DNA of 64,000 nucleotides, taken from Massalongia carnosa (taxonomy: Eukaryota). The notes below the pieces were generated by a model. The model worked only from the letters and a program-made list of their open reading frames with translations. It searched no databases and was not told where the DNA came from. The translations under genes were made by a program, and so were the position numbers. Below are positions 21,948-34,635 of the stretch, piece after piece; within the stretch, counting starts at the first letter, position 1, and every line of letters begins with the position of its first letter. The stretch lies in assembly GCA_965645245.1 (NCBI GenBank), contig OZ287068.1:3224001-3288000 (forward strand), in the 5' to 3' direction.

Positions 21948-24295
21948 ATGAAATCCAATGATAAAAAATAGAAAATCATTCAAAAGGCAAAGAGAACAAA
22001 CTTTCGTCAAGAAATCAGTAAGGCCACCGAAACGCCTCAGGGACTATGGCGGCTAGCGAAATGGGCCAAAGACAAAAGTCATCAATCTAGAGAAGTATCC
22101 AAAATGCCGATGCTAAAATTCAATGACCAAGTAGCAGACACGTTTGACCAAAAAGCCGAAATGCTGAAAGGTGTCTTCTTTCCCGCACCACCACCGGCCG
22201 ACCTAAGCGACATAGAAGGATCCTTCTATCCTACATCGCCGCACTGCCCAATAATCATCACCAAGTCAGAAGTATCGACGGCCCTGAGTCGGCTCAAGTC
22301 CGATAAGGCACCGGGCCCAGACGGCATATCTAACAGAATACTCAAAGCATGCAGCGAAAAACTTGTCGAACTACTAACACCTCTGTTTCAGGCGTGCGTC
22401 ACACACTCGTACCACCCGCGGGCCTTCAAAATGGCAAACACAATAGCGCTGAAAAAAACAGGCTAAGGAGACTATACCACGCCGAAAGCCTACCGACCAA
22501 TTGCACTGCTCAACACGCTCAGTAAAGTTATGGAATCCATCATTGGATCGAAAATAACCTATCTAGCGGAAACACACCGGCTCCTACCCGACACACAGAT
22601 GGGAGCAAGGAAGGGCAGATCCACAGAGTCAGCACTGGAACTGCTAACTGAACAGGTTCACACGATTTGGGGACAGGGAAAAGACAAAGTAGCCACACTG
22701 CTAAGCATGGACGTCGCCGGCGCGTTCGATACGGTATCACATCAACGACTAACGCACAACCTACGGAAAAGAAAAATTCCAAAATGGATCACCGGCTGGT
22801 TAAACAGCTTTCTGAGCGATCGAAGCACCACTTTAGCAATAAATCGAAAAGTCACCGGGCGGTTTGCGGTAAGAACGGGTATCCCGCAGGGATCTCCCCT
22901 GTCATCCGTTCTTTACCTATTTTACAATGCAGATCTATTGGAAATATGTGATCGACCAGGCAAAAACACAAGTGCCATAGGATTCGTAGACGACGCAAAC
23001 ATTTTGGCATATGGAAAAAGCACTGAGGAAAAATGCAAAACTCTAGAGGCAATACACAGACAATGTGAGACGTGGGCTTCCCGGCACGGGTCCGTATTCG
23101 CTCCGACGAAGTACGAACTCATACACTTGTCCAGAAATCCCAAAAGATTCAACATGACTGCATCCATCAATATTGCTAGCACCGAAATTGAACCAAAAAC
23201 GGACATCAGAGCATTAGGCCTACAAATCGACACACCAAATTGAAATGGGGACCGCACGTTCGCAAAACGCAAGAGAAAATGGTCAAAAAACCCATGGCAT
23301 TGACAAAAATTTCCACATCAACCCGGGGTGCCACCTTCGCCAAGGCAAGGCAGGTTTACAGTGCCGTGGTGCGTCCGGCCATGACATATGGGTCAACCGT
23401 ATGGCACATGCCCAAAGAAGTCAAAAAGTCAAAAACGTCAACGAGCAAGCTCTCCGTCATGCAAAACAATTGCTTTCGCACCATAGCCGGTGCCTTTAAA
23501 GCCACTCCCATCTCAGTACCAGAAGCAGAGACATTCATAGCGCCCATAGACACGCATCTCGACATGCTACAAGCACAGACAAGGCACCGGCTCCGAGCCG
23601 GAGGCCAATTGAAGATCATCTCCTCCGCATGCAACAAAATAGCTGACAAACTTCGAGGCAAGGCAGGTCGCAAATGACTTCAAAAGCCCACCCCGGGAGA
23701 GCTGAAACACATCTGGGCCAAAAGCCTACTGATCGACTCAAAAATAGTTCAACCACCAAAGGCACACCCACCATGGTTCGAAGTCTACCCGGCGTGGCAC
23801 CGCGAAGCTACCGTTGCGGCAACGGCCCGACACAAGCAGATGCAAACAATCAAAGCACGACAAATGAAGGTCTGGAACGACTCGTGGTGCGCATATCAAA
23901 ATCGCGTCATCGAACCCTCCATAGCACAATCAGTCCCACTGAGCAAAAAACGGCTGAAAATACACACGCAGCTCAAAAAGGCAGAAAGCGCTCTAACAAC
24001 ACAAATCCGCACTGGCAAGATCGGGTTAGCTGACTTCCTCTACAAGCAACGGGTGCCCTCCGTCACCTCACCGGCCTGCTCATGTGGCCGGCACAGACAA
24101 ACTCCAGAACATGTAATCATGTTCTGCAGACTTATTGACAATAGAGAACAGATGTTTCGCGCCGCCGGCACGAGCGATTATCAGCAGCTGACCGAATCAT
24201 CAAAAACTCTGAAGATACTAACTGCTTGGCTAATGAAAAGAGGCTTATTGAATCAATTCTCACTAGCATCAACATTATTGTACAATCAACAATAG
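21948..24295 (+). pseudogene. LINE ORF2 reverse transcriptase plus C-terminal CCHC, frameshifted
   Basis: KAPGPDGI, YRPIALL, SMDVAGAFD, GIPQGSPLS, FVDD and CSCG..QTPEHVIMFC; frame breaks near 22463, 23238 and 23672. Confidence 0.9.
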
Positions 24296-27200
24296 TTGAA
24301 CCTTTCTTTCTTTCTTCTCTTTTCACAAGGCATTACAGTTCCCACACGTCTTTTACACTGCGTCTCCCGCCCGACGTCGACCCGTAGTTACATCGGACGG
24401 GTATCAAGGGATATGGTTTTTACACCTGTGAAAGGTTTTCCATGTAACATAACTTAGATAGCTTTGCTCGCATGGGCCGGCCTACGGCCCGTGTCATATC
24501 GGAGTATGAATACATCATCATCATGTACGCTAGGCATTGGGCTTTTGCTGGATAATCTTCTGGTAAGCCTCTTTGCTTTCATCGCGAGGGGGCGGAACTT
24601 TACACTTGTTTCGAGCTCTGGAAGGGGGTTAGCAAGTTGCAGGATGATTACGAGCGAGCGAGGCGTGTGGCATAGGTTATATCAAGGAAAGCGGCGGCGA
24701 GTGGAAATCATTGACAGGCAATGCTCAATTTGAGGGTTCAATTTATTGGTTGATTTATTCTTTTCGTTTCTGGCAGAATATTTTTTCCGTGCGACGTTTC
24801 CCACCACGAAAGCAGTCTGGTCACATCAACTCTTTTGTTCGGCGTGGTTATTGATAAGCTGCTCGCAAGTTGTTCAGCCACATACGAGCCCTATAGTTTT
24901 CTTGATATAGTCTGCTATGCGTTATCGATTGGAAATGCTTGAATTTTCTCTTCTGATTCTAGTGGAATTGAAACACGATGCTTAGACTTTATGCTTTCTT
25001 GTAGAACCGATTTTCAATTTTCATCATGGGTTTTCGGAGATGCAGATGTAGAAGTAGAATAAATCACAGTGGTCAAGGGTTTGCTTGAGGATTGAGAATT
25101 GACTCATCTGTTTTGATCCGCAACTGACCAGTGTCTATTCGTTTTTCTTTCATGATTGCTTCTCCTGTGAGACAAATATGTCACCTTCTGTTGATTCTCC
25201 GGTTTTCCTGTAAGGATGACACGGAGAGACCGGATCGTTTTATTACCAATATAAAACTCCTTGAGGCCAAATCGCTTTCCTACTTTCCGTGCTTATGGAA
25301 TCTTGATGACTGCTCTTCCTCGATTCAACCATCAGGTAGGCTGGTCTGATTTGGTTTTCGTCCAGGAACTCTGCTTGAACTGTTGCTTGAGCATAAGCTC
25401 ATGAGAATTACGGACGGTAAAGCGATATGGGGGAAAAGGCTATTGTAGCCAGCTTCAGTATGCGATGACTACCCGATAAATATTATAGCAAGAATCTGAA
25501 TGCAGAAACTGAGAAGGACTTTCGTATTCTATTTAACCTTGATTTCAAGATTTGTAGGAGTAAACCGACACCAACTTCATGAACCGTCTCTTCTTGGCTA
25601 TTCCTGTGTTGTAAATACAAGAGGCGTCTTACCATCGTCGTAGTTGAAGAGGTTGCATTATATAAGATAGACGACGAAGTATCCAAATCAGAGCAAGCCA
25701 GCGAAGAGACAAGACCTGAGAAGTGGCTAGTCAACCGGCGCGGAGCCTTGGGATTCTCAGCTGATGTCATGATATCATAGTCTTCTGTGATTGATCACCC
25801 CTAGCCAAACTCAAGTTGAGTAGAACCGTAATGTAGATAGTGGAGATTTTGAAGGCAAAAGATACACTAGTTATGAGCGTGTTTGCACACGGCGTATGGA
25901 CGACTTGCTAAAAACCTCCCATATTCTCTGGTGTTCGGCTGCCTGACCATGGCGCTTAGATGAAATGCGGGACGAGGCAAGGAGAGCGATGCAGTTAGAA
26001 AGCATGGCATCGCAAGGTGGTATCCGCGCAAAGCATGAATCTGTTGAAATTGTAGTTGATTGTAGTTGAAGATTTAAGACAAACGAAAGAGATGCACGGA
26101 GCCGTTTTGAAGGATTTTATTTCGCCGATCAGTTGCGCACCGACCTCTGATATGGTCATGACGGTCAATCTCGACAAGATTTTATTTCAGTATTCTTGAC
26201 CGGTTCACATGAGATGGATAAGTAGAGACAACCTACACCTTGGCGTTGACATTGTAGAAACTCGATACGTTGTTTCGGCTTGGCTTTGGGCTGGTTTTAG
26301 GCCAAAACCGGTGGCCTGGGTGAATTCGGCACGAGTTCATGCGATAATCCTCGGACTAGGTAACATCAAGGAGAGTAAAAGGAAAGTTTGACTTCATAAT
26401 GGTAAAAAGGATCATGGATGCCCAACGGCTTTCGTGTTAGATTGGGTGCGTTTAGGAACGTTGCGTGCTTACTACGTGGCTTCTTGAAAGTCGAGTTCCA
26501 GGCGAGAAAGCCAACGAGGTCACATGAAATCCGATCAAAGATCAAATGCAGAACTCAAGGGATAGGATGGTAGCGGTATGGCACTTACTGGGTGCCTCCT
26601 GTGGTGCCTCCTCGAATTATGATCACCCGATTAGGTAGTTAGTTTTGGTTAGACAACAAAGTCCTTATCTGCTGGTGCAAGCATAGGTACAGAGTAATTA
26701 GCAGTCTCTTTTACCCCCCCAAAGAGTTATACCTTCCAAATGCCATACCCGTTAAACGACAATGAGGATCAGAAAACTCCTGTTTGGCTCTTTGCCACGA
26801 AACATCATGAAAGATGACGGAGAAGGAGGGAAATTCCGGGGCGGCGGCCCGTTATGCCCATGTTTGGTAGTTCGTGCTCTAGACTCTATGCACCCCCCCC
26901 CCAAGCTAACCATTATTGGTTAAGAAGCGCTAAATCTTAATTATCTGACCAATCAATGTGAACCTGATTACCCCTATTTACAAAAAGTTCAAATTTATAG
27001 CTATATATCATTTACTCGTCCCAATTCATATGAATAGCTTCCCAACAATTGGCTTTTCTATAGCAGGGCCTGATTGGATGACATCCTCCACAAGCCCATA
27101 TAGTCTGAGCACCTCTTCGTCTTTTTATTCGCCCATTAACATCTCTTTCAGCCAGTGGCTGTCCCTTTCGCTTTGAAGGTCGTGTTTTGTTGACTTTACA

Positions 27201-28171
27201 ATGCATACATCTTTGTTTTCTTTCAAGACGAACGTAATGATGAACTGGAGGTGCTACTAAAGCATCAATCGCGGTGTTAATGCTTACCTTTGGTGGAACG
27301 GGCCTGATGCCCGCTTGATTTGACACCAATTCGAGGGCAATCTGACGAAGAAACTTGGAACGAGTAAGCTTTTTTTCCTCGAGGTGGAAAGAGTTCATCG
27401 AGTAAAGTTTAAACGCGTTCAGTCCGACTGCATCCAATATAAAAATGAATAAAGGCCACCAGTAACGATCCGTACGACGATCGTATGAATAAACCGCTCG
27501 TTGCTGAGCGTTTCCATCCGACCCTCCCATATAGAGGTTATATTCTCTGATTGGGGCTGGTATTGGTAATCCAAGGGGCCATTGGACCGCTTGATTGGGC
27601 GAAGGAGAGAAGTGAGCCAGAGTTGATGGGAAATATGGTACAATCGGTTGAAGTGAGGTCTCAGGAATTCCATGCCTTTTGTATGGATTTATATAGTATA
27701 TTTCGTTCAGGACCTGGGGAGTGTGGCCGGTGGTCATGTACTGCACACCATTATTATCCACCCAGCCCATACAAAGCACCTCATCATCGACCACCATATG
27801 TGCTTGCAGGCCCCAGTCTTTTCCTTTTGAGGTGACGTCCCGTATGGCCAACAATTCTTCTGGAAAGGCTGAGCCCTTTTTAGCAGTCCTGCTAGCAGCT
27901 ATTCCGATTGATCGAAGTGCCTTGAATAACTTCGTACTAGTAAAGAAATTATCACAGAAAAAGTTAAAAGGAGACTCTGGTTGCAGGTAATCGCATTGAC
28001 TATATAGCTATCTGAAAGGAAAAGAGCAGACTTTTCACCAAAGGGCAAAGCACGCTAAACCTAAAACCTTCCTAGAGAAGATTAGACTACCCGCTATCCA
28101 CGCAGTGAGCCCAACAAGCCATTATAACCATAATCGCAACCGCCATTCAACAGTCCCCCTGCGGTGCGATA

Positions 28172-31100
28172 CTACCTTACTCTTTCCATTTTTTGCAGTC
28201 CCAATTGACTAATGAACCGATTGAAGATGGGCTTATTTAGAGGCTTGGTTAGGCCGTCGGCAATCATCTCTCCGCTGGGTATGTACTCGACCTGAATTCG
28301 ATTTCGCTTGTGCAGGTCCCGAATGTGATGATAGGCAACGTCGATATGCTTAGATCTATCATGAATGTGAGCATCTTTTGCCAGTTGGATAGCGGCTTGA
28401 TTATCTCCTTTTAACCGCATCGGGGAGTCAGCTTGATGCGTCAAGTTCTCACGAATATTGACGTTATGACTGAAATATTTCTCGAAGCCTATGTCTTTCA
28501 TCAGCTGAACGAGCCATAAACCCTCCTTAGCACAAGTTGATAAGGCCATGTATTCTGCCTCCGTTGTAGACGTAGCAACCGACTTTTGCTTTCTGCTCAT
28601 CCACGATATAGGCCCTCCCCCTAGCATGTACACGTATCCCAAGATCGATTTTCTTTCGAGCCTATCAGCTGCGTAGTCTGAGTCGGAATACCCAATGAGG
28701 CCTTGGCCATGATTCCCCCCAGCCCCATACAGTATACCGATGTCAATGGTGGACCGAACGTTCTAAGCAGCGTCTTTAGTGCATGACCGTGATGAGCAGC
28801 TGGATCACTGAGATATTGGCTTAGCCTTCCAAGAGCAAAAGCTATATCTGGCCGCGTATGAATTGCCGCGTACATCAGGCTTCCAACAATTTGCTGATAT
28901 TCTCTTTGATCTATGCGCTTATCATCTTTTCCAGCCGGTCGCAATGAATCATAGCCGTTCATTGGAATTTCGGTAGGCCTATGTTTGTCAGCGCTCATAT
29001 GTGTTCTCTCCATCACATCTTTGAGATAATGCGTCTGGTCCATTCGAAGAGTTCGATTTTTCCGATCTCTGGTTACTCGTATGCCCAGAACCTTCGACAC
29101 TTCTCCTAGGTCCTTGATGCTAACGGCAGCATTGAACTCTTTCTTGAACCAATCGATCTCTTTCATCATTTTGGAGGCGATCACCAGGTCATCTACGTGC
29201 ATGAATATGATGATTCCCTTTTTAGGATGAGTGAATAGGCATGGGTCAGATGAGCATTGAATGAAGCCTAGTTTGGTCAGCTCATTTGTACAGCGGCTAT
29301 TCCATTCTCTGGCGGACTGCTTTAAACCGTATAGACTTTGCAGAATCTGAAGAACTCTACCAGGGGCAACGTTTACTCCTTCCGGTGCGGTCATGTAAAT
29401 GACATCTTTCAAGGTTGATTGGGTAAATGCGTTATTCACGTCCACTTGATGACATTCCAGGTTTTCCATCGCTACTATGGCAAGCACTGCACGTAGGGTA
29501 TCTGATCTTACCGTGGGGGCGAAAGTGTCCTCATAGTCGATGCCGTATTTTTGAGTAAACCCACGGGCGACTAATCTTGCTTTAAACTTCTCCAATGAGC
29601 CATCGAGGTTGGTTTTTACTTTAAACACCCATTTGCAGGTGACGATGTTCGTTTTGGGAGGTGGAACAACTTCTTTCCAAGTCTTATTACCGATGAGCGC
29701 CTTGATCTCGGTGTTCACTGCTTCTTTCCATAGTTCCCCCCACACCGGATCATTTACTGCTTCCTTGTAAGACTTAGGCTCGGGTATGTTTCTTTCAAAT
29801 GAAGAAGCATCAGCCGATAGGGCAGATTCGAATTTGAGATAGCCATCTTCATCCTCGTTATTATCGTCGGCGAACAGCGCTAGAAAAGCGCGCGGTATTT
29901 TGAAAGCCGGTTCTTCGGGAACTGAGTCTTCATCAGATCGCTTTCGCTTCGGGATTGCAACATGAGAGAATATGCTAGTGCTAGCCTTAGGCACAGCTGC
30001 GGCTGGGATTGAATCATTCGCTATGGGCGACTCTTCGGAAGTTGGGATTGGAGGTACGTTTTGAGTGACATCATCTTTCGGGTTTGGTTGGTCATGAGTT
30101 TGATTCTGTTGACTAGAAACCTCCACATGCGAAAATCTTTCTACTAATTTGGCGGGTTCGCTGATTTTCGTTTCTTTTGTCTTTTGTGGTCTTCCTACTG
30201 GCCGTCTTTCTGGTAGCACGTTGGGTGTCTGCTTCCGCAAGTTTAAATCAACGCTGCCACCTTTTAAATTTTCATCAAATTTTACGACATGGCTTCTGAT
30301 GATTTTTCCCATGTCGGGTGCCCAGAGACGATACTGTTTAGTGGTCTCTTCTACATATCCCATAAAGACTCCGATTCTGCCTCTGTCCATGAACTTGTCT
30401 CTTCTGTCCCCCGCGGGTAGCGATTTGGGATCGACGTACGAATAGCATTTGCATCCCCATACCCTAATGTGATCAATGGATGGCTTGACGCCCGTGAAGG
30501 CTTCTTCCGGTGTGCTAGCATAGCCGTCGATGATCGGTCCGCATCCCGTGCGATTCCGAAGATATGCATCAGTTTCCATGGCTTCCTTCCAGAATTCGAT
30601 TGGGAGTTCTGCGTCCTTTATCATGGCTCGCACCGAGTTCTCGGTGGTACGAATTGCTCGCTCGGCGACTCCGTTCTGAATAGACATATGAGGAACGGTG
30701 TATTGCGGAATAATACCGATTGAGGAGCACCATTCATCAAGAGTAGCCTTCAGCTCGGTGGCATTGTCACTCCGTACAGCCAATAGTCTTTGTGCACTTT
30801 GTAATTCGACTTTTATTCTCCATTTTCGCAATTCACCTGGTGCTTCGTCTCGCCTTTTGAGTGGAATGGACCATATCTTTCTAGAATAGTTGTCCACAAT
30901 TTCCAAAAAGTATGTGTATCCTTCTCGAGAGGCAGGCAAAGGACCGCAAATATCGATGGAGACCAGAGCCAGAAGAGAGGTTTTTCGCTCGGTCGCTTTG
31001 CCTCTTTTATTGGTGAGCTTAGTGAGCGCGCATACCTCGCAAATGTGATCCTCTTCTTTGCTGACCGGAATAGGCTTTTCTAGGGTGGTGACCTTATGCA

Positions 31101-32844
31101 GGTTACGAAGCTTTTCTCGGCCTAGGTGAGCGAATCTTCGATGCCATAGCCTGTACGTTTCAGAGTGTTTGTCCGTCTTGGTTGGGTTAAGTGCGGGTGT
31201 TGACTCAATCTCGATTTCCATATTGTTATGTGTTGTTGGACATGTTAAACCCGCGCCGCGCGGCTTTAACGCCTCTGATGAAGACGAGAGTGATGCAATA
31301 TCAACTTTGCTTGGAAAGGCAATGTCATGATGCATGGACGCGGTTAATGCGAATTCATCGAGATCCTTTGCTATTTTCTCGACGATATATACTCCCCCTC
31401 GCTGCCGTGCCTCCATGATCTCCTTGCCTTGCTTGTCATGCATCTTCAGCCCGTGCTGATCGAAACTTCCGATGAGGCCCTTCTCGCACATCCGCCTTCC
31501 AGACAAGAGATTAACCCCTAGCTTGGGGACATAAAGGACAGAAGAAAGAAATCCCTGATTTCCGTGCCCATCCTTGATCACGCACGTACCGCGATGACAT
31601 GCTCTCAATTCTCCCCCGCCGACCTTTATTCTTCTTTCTCTAATCTTTGTCAGAGGTCCGCTAAAGAGCTGAAGCTTGTCAGTCATGTGGGATGATGCGC
31701 CAGAGTCAGCTACCCATTTTGATCTAGGAATCTTACAGACTGCTTCTCTGGAGAGGGCCGCAGTTTCCTCGAGATCATCTAGATCATCGTCATTGTCGCC
31801 TGATGAGAAGCTATCGTTCTCGTCCTCTTCTTCTGACTCGCCAGCGAGATAGCTCCGATGGCGCTTGACGGATGATTTGCCTTTATTGACCTCTTTCTTC
31901 TTCTTCGCGAGGCTCCTGACGTGGCTGCGAGTGCTTTCCAAGAATTCGCACTCTTTGGTCCAGTGGCCGACTTCTCCACAGATTAAGCATCCCTTTTGCG
32001 AGTTGTCCTTGATTTTCGTTTCTCTCTTTGCACTTGAGGACCTTTCGTGCCGTCTGGATCGCTCCTGCCTGGAGTTGTTGAATGTGCTTTGACTTCTGGA
32101 TGGGTTGAGAGGCCGTCGCTGCTCTCTTCGCTGTTCTTTCTGCTTTGCGAGCAAGGCTAAATCTGCTTTCGCCTGTGTTAGCTGAATTTCTTTGTCTTCC
32201 AACCTTTTTATGCCAATTTCGGCATCTACTCCCCCAATTGCATCAATTCCGTCCCTAATGACCGCGTACTCGGCTGGGAGAGATTGTAAGAGTAATTGGA
32301 ATAGTTGCCGAGTGGGAAATGCGTCTCGAAGTGTGGGTGTGGCCATGACGACCTTGTCTCTCAACAACAAAAGTTCCCCCCATGCTTCCTGAACGGTGGT
32401 GTTCTCTTTCATTTTATATGACACCAGCTCTTGAAGGTAATGTCTTCCTGAAGTGGGAAGGATGCTGTTGTACTTGCTTAACAGCGAGGTCCACTTTTCC
32501 GCCGCTGTCTTCATCACTCTTACGCGTTCTTGATCGAATTGGCTTAAGCAGATGGTTATAAGATAGCATGCTTTAGCGTTGTCCTTTCTCCATCTTTCCG
32601 AATCGATAATTGGGGTTTCCGGGGTGAGGGGTGTGTCTGATTTATCTATTCCTTTTCCATCAAGGCTTAATTTGTCCATTCGCTGCTGAAGGTACGAGGA
32701 ATTGGGCTGTGGCTCGCTTATTGTATGAAAGATGCCTTCCGCTTCGAAATGCATTTCGGCCAGCTCGAACCATCTTTGATAGTTCTCCCTTGTCAGAACG
32801 GGCAAGGGTCTTCTTTTCGATAGATCGTCTGCGATTGTTGTCAT
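28172..32844 (-). pseudogene. copia gag-pol (gag, CCHC, protease, GAG-pre-integrase, integrase, RT, RNase H) with a single frameshift
   Basis: CLICGEVGHWTKEC, WVADSGASSH, WHRRFAH, RSDNATE, QNGVAER, FKARLVARG, YGLKQ, HVDD and KHID; a 1-nt loss near 28761 (LRYVRST) separates RNase H. Confidence 0.93.
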
Positions 32845-32882
32845 TTTTGATATTTGATTGTGCTTGTTGGATCCGTCGTATC

Positions 32883-33068
32883 AAGCTGCCGGGAGTGCTG
32901 GTTTATCCTGCCACAGGAATCGTAAGGAGCTGCCGAGGTGCTGGTTTATCCTACCATAGGAATCGTAAGGAGCTGCCGAGGTGCTGGTTTATCCTACCAT
33001 AGGAATCGTAAGGAGCTGCCGAGGTGCTGATTCTTCCTACCTAAAGGAATCGTAGTCGAGCTGCCGAG
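32883..33068. repeat. Tandem repeat (43-45 bp unit, about 4.3 copies) in the copia 5' leader
   Basis: Unit GAGCTGCCGAGGTGCTGGTTTATCCTACCATAGGAATCGTAAG, starting at 32883, 32927, 32970, 33013 and 33058. Confidence 0.95.
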
Positions 33069-34394
33069 ATAGCGATTTGCGAAGAGCTATATCCTTTTCT
33101 GATGTTCGGAAGCTTGTTGCTGACCGTGCTCATAACCAGTTAAAAGGAGACTCTGGTTGCAGGTAATCGCATTGACTATATAGCTATCTGAAAGGAAAAG
33201 AGCAGACTTTTCACCAAAGGGCAAAGCACGCTAAACCTAAAACCTTCCTAGAGAAGATTAGACTACCCGCTATCCACGCAGTGAGCCCAACAAGCCATTA
33301 TAACCATAATCGCAACCGCCATTCAACAGAAAAGATGATAATCTAGAAAGGATGGAAGTTCTTTACATAACTGAATCACCACCAAAGCACTGACAGTTAG
33401 CCCGTCCTTCATCAAAAATCCCAATTTTTTAGCTGTTTTCAATTGACTTATTTTGCTAGTCTTGGAGGCAAACAAAAACGACAACAAATAATTATCCTGG
33501 CAGAGGCTGTAGATTTTAAATCCTTTGTGAGCACTTTTAGTAGCGATTTGCATGGTGTGTCGAGATCGGCCTTTAAATAGCACCAGTTGTTCATCTATAG
33601 AAATATTGCTTCCTGGTATGCAATGTTTCAACGAGGCCCTTTCGAAAATCAGTGGCCAACGGTTCTAGTTTCTTCCACCAATCAGGTCCTTTGCCCAGCC
33701 CCGGAGGCTCTGTTCGTCCATTGTTGATTTTCAAAAATCGCTTGATTTGTTGAAATCGATAAAGCGACATAGCGGACTGAATAGGCATGATGACTGGCTT
33801 GTCCGGGCGTTGATTCCAATAATCTTCTGAAGCAGGTAGACGAGCGAGACCCATAAGAAGTATTATGCCCAAAAACATCTCTATTTCCGAGCCAGTAGTA
33901 TCAGTCCAATTTCGATGATTATTCTCCTTCTCCTTCTCCATGTAGTCGTGTGCTTTGATATTGGTATGATATGCGATGATGCGACAATGCTGCCTTGTTA
34001 TAAACAACTGAAATAATTCCAGAGGACTTCGAGCAATGTCTTCAATTAATGGAACAAAAGGCCTGTTGATAACACGAATAGGGGTATATTTAGAGGAAGT
34101 AGAAGGAATATCGATCAAGATGTTTTGGACACCTCTTTTGCGATTTATTTTATGCTGCTTCGCTGAGATTGGCGATTTGTCTGAAACACTCGGGATTTCT
34201 TCTTCGTTGAGCCCCATTATCACAGTAAAAATCCCGTATATAGAAAGACAGCAATTGACGAGGTCTAAATTGATTGAATGAGGTTTAATGACAGTCAGTC
34301 AAGAAAAAATTGATGTTCGCATGACTAATTCAAATTTGCTAAATGCGGAAGCTAGCTAATAATGTTTAGCTTGTGGGGGGGGGGGGGTGGTTGG

Positions 34395-34635
34395 CACGCA
34401 GGTGACAAAATTAAATTTACACCAAAATTTCCCCCCACCAAAATCATCGTGATTTAATGCCTAAAAGTTTGCAAGCAGTGATTGATGATGAAGACAGAAT
34501 GGCAGATTATTGATTTGATTATTGAAGTTCAAAAAATCATGAAATTAACTAAAAAAACGCTACGGTTTATGATAGAAAATCCGGTGATTTTGGAGGAAAA
34601 AGGTTCGGTGTAAATTTAATTTTGTCACTCGCGTG
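34395..34635. mobile_element. MITE (241 bp) with CACGC..GCGTG termini and 5-bp TSD GTTGG
   Basis: TIR CACGCAGGTGACAAAATTAAATTTACACC / GGTGTAAATTTAATTTTGTCACTCGCGTG; GTTGG at 34390-34394 and 34636-34640. Confidence 0.9.

Larger units (their letters stand above)
17549..24524 (+). mobile_element. 5'-truncated Tad1-like LINE (RT pseudogene) interrupted by two piggyBac-like insertions
   Basis: 17549-17573, 19740-19779 and 21946 onward rejoin in frame (ARKLRRIWSSTLDLTDWSNYMKSNDKK*KIIQKAKR); 3' tail AATA(CAT)4 at 24509-24524. Confidence 0.88.
27962..33328 (-). mobile_element. Full-length Ty1/copia LTR retrotransposon
   Basis: Identical 191-bp LTRs (27962-28152 and 33138-33328), 5-bp TSD GAAAA, PBS GGTTATGAGC, PPT AGGGGGAC. 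Confidence 0.97.
26891..34389 (-). mobile_element. Older piggyBac-like element (subfamily B), split by a copia insertion; outer TIR bases lost or diverged
   Basis: Inner TIR CA(C)nAAGCTAA at both ends; transposase pieces 34217-33329 and 27961-27012 closely resemble A1; extra frameshift near 33638. Confidence 0.9.

Noticed and set aside
17570..21949. Single composite transposon with an ATAT TSD
   Set aside because: The 40-bp spacer is in-frame LINE sequence belonging between the two flanks, so two separate insertions explain the data better
24525..26890. Possible decayed gene(s)
   Set aside because: Only short ORFs with no family motif I can support
32883..33068. CRISPR-like array
   Set aside because: Head-to-tail repeats without unique spacers, inside a retrotransposon leader in a eukaryote
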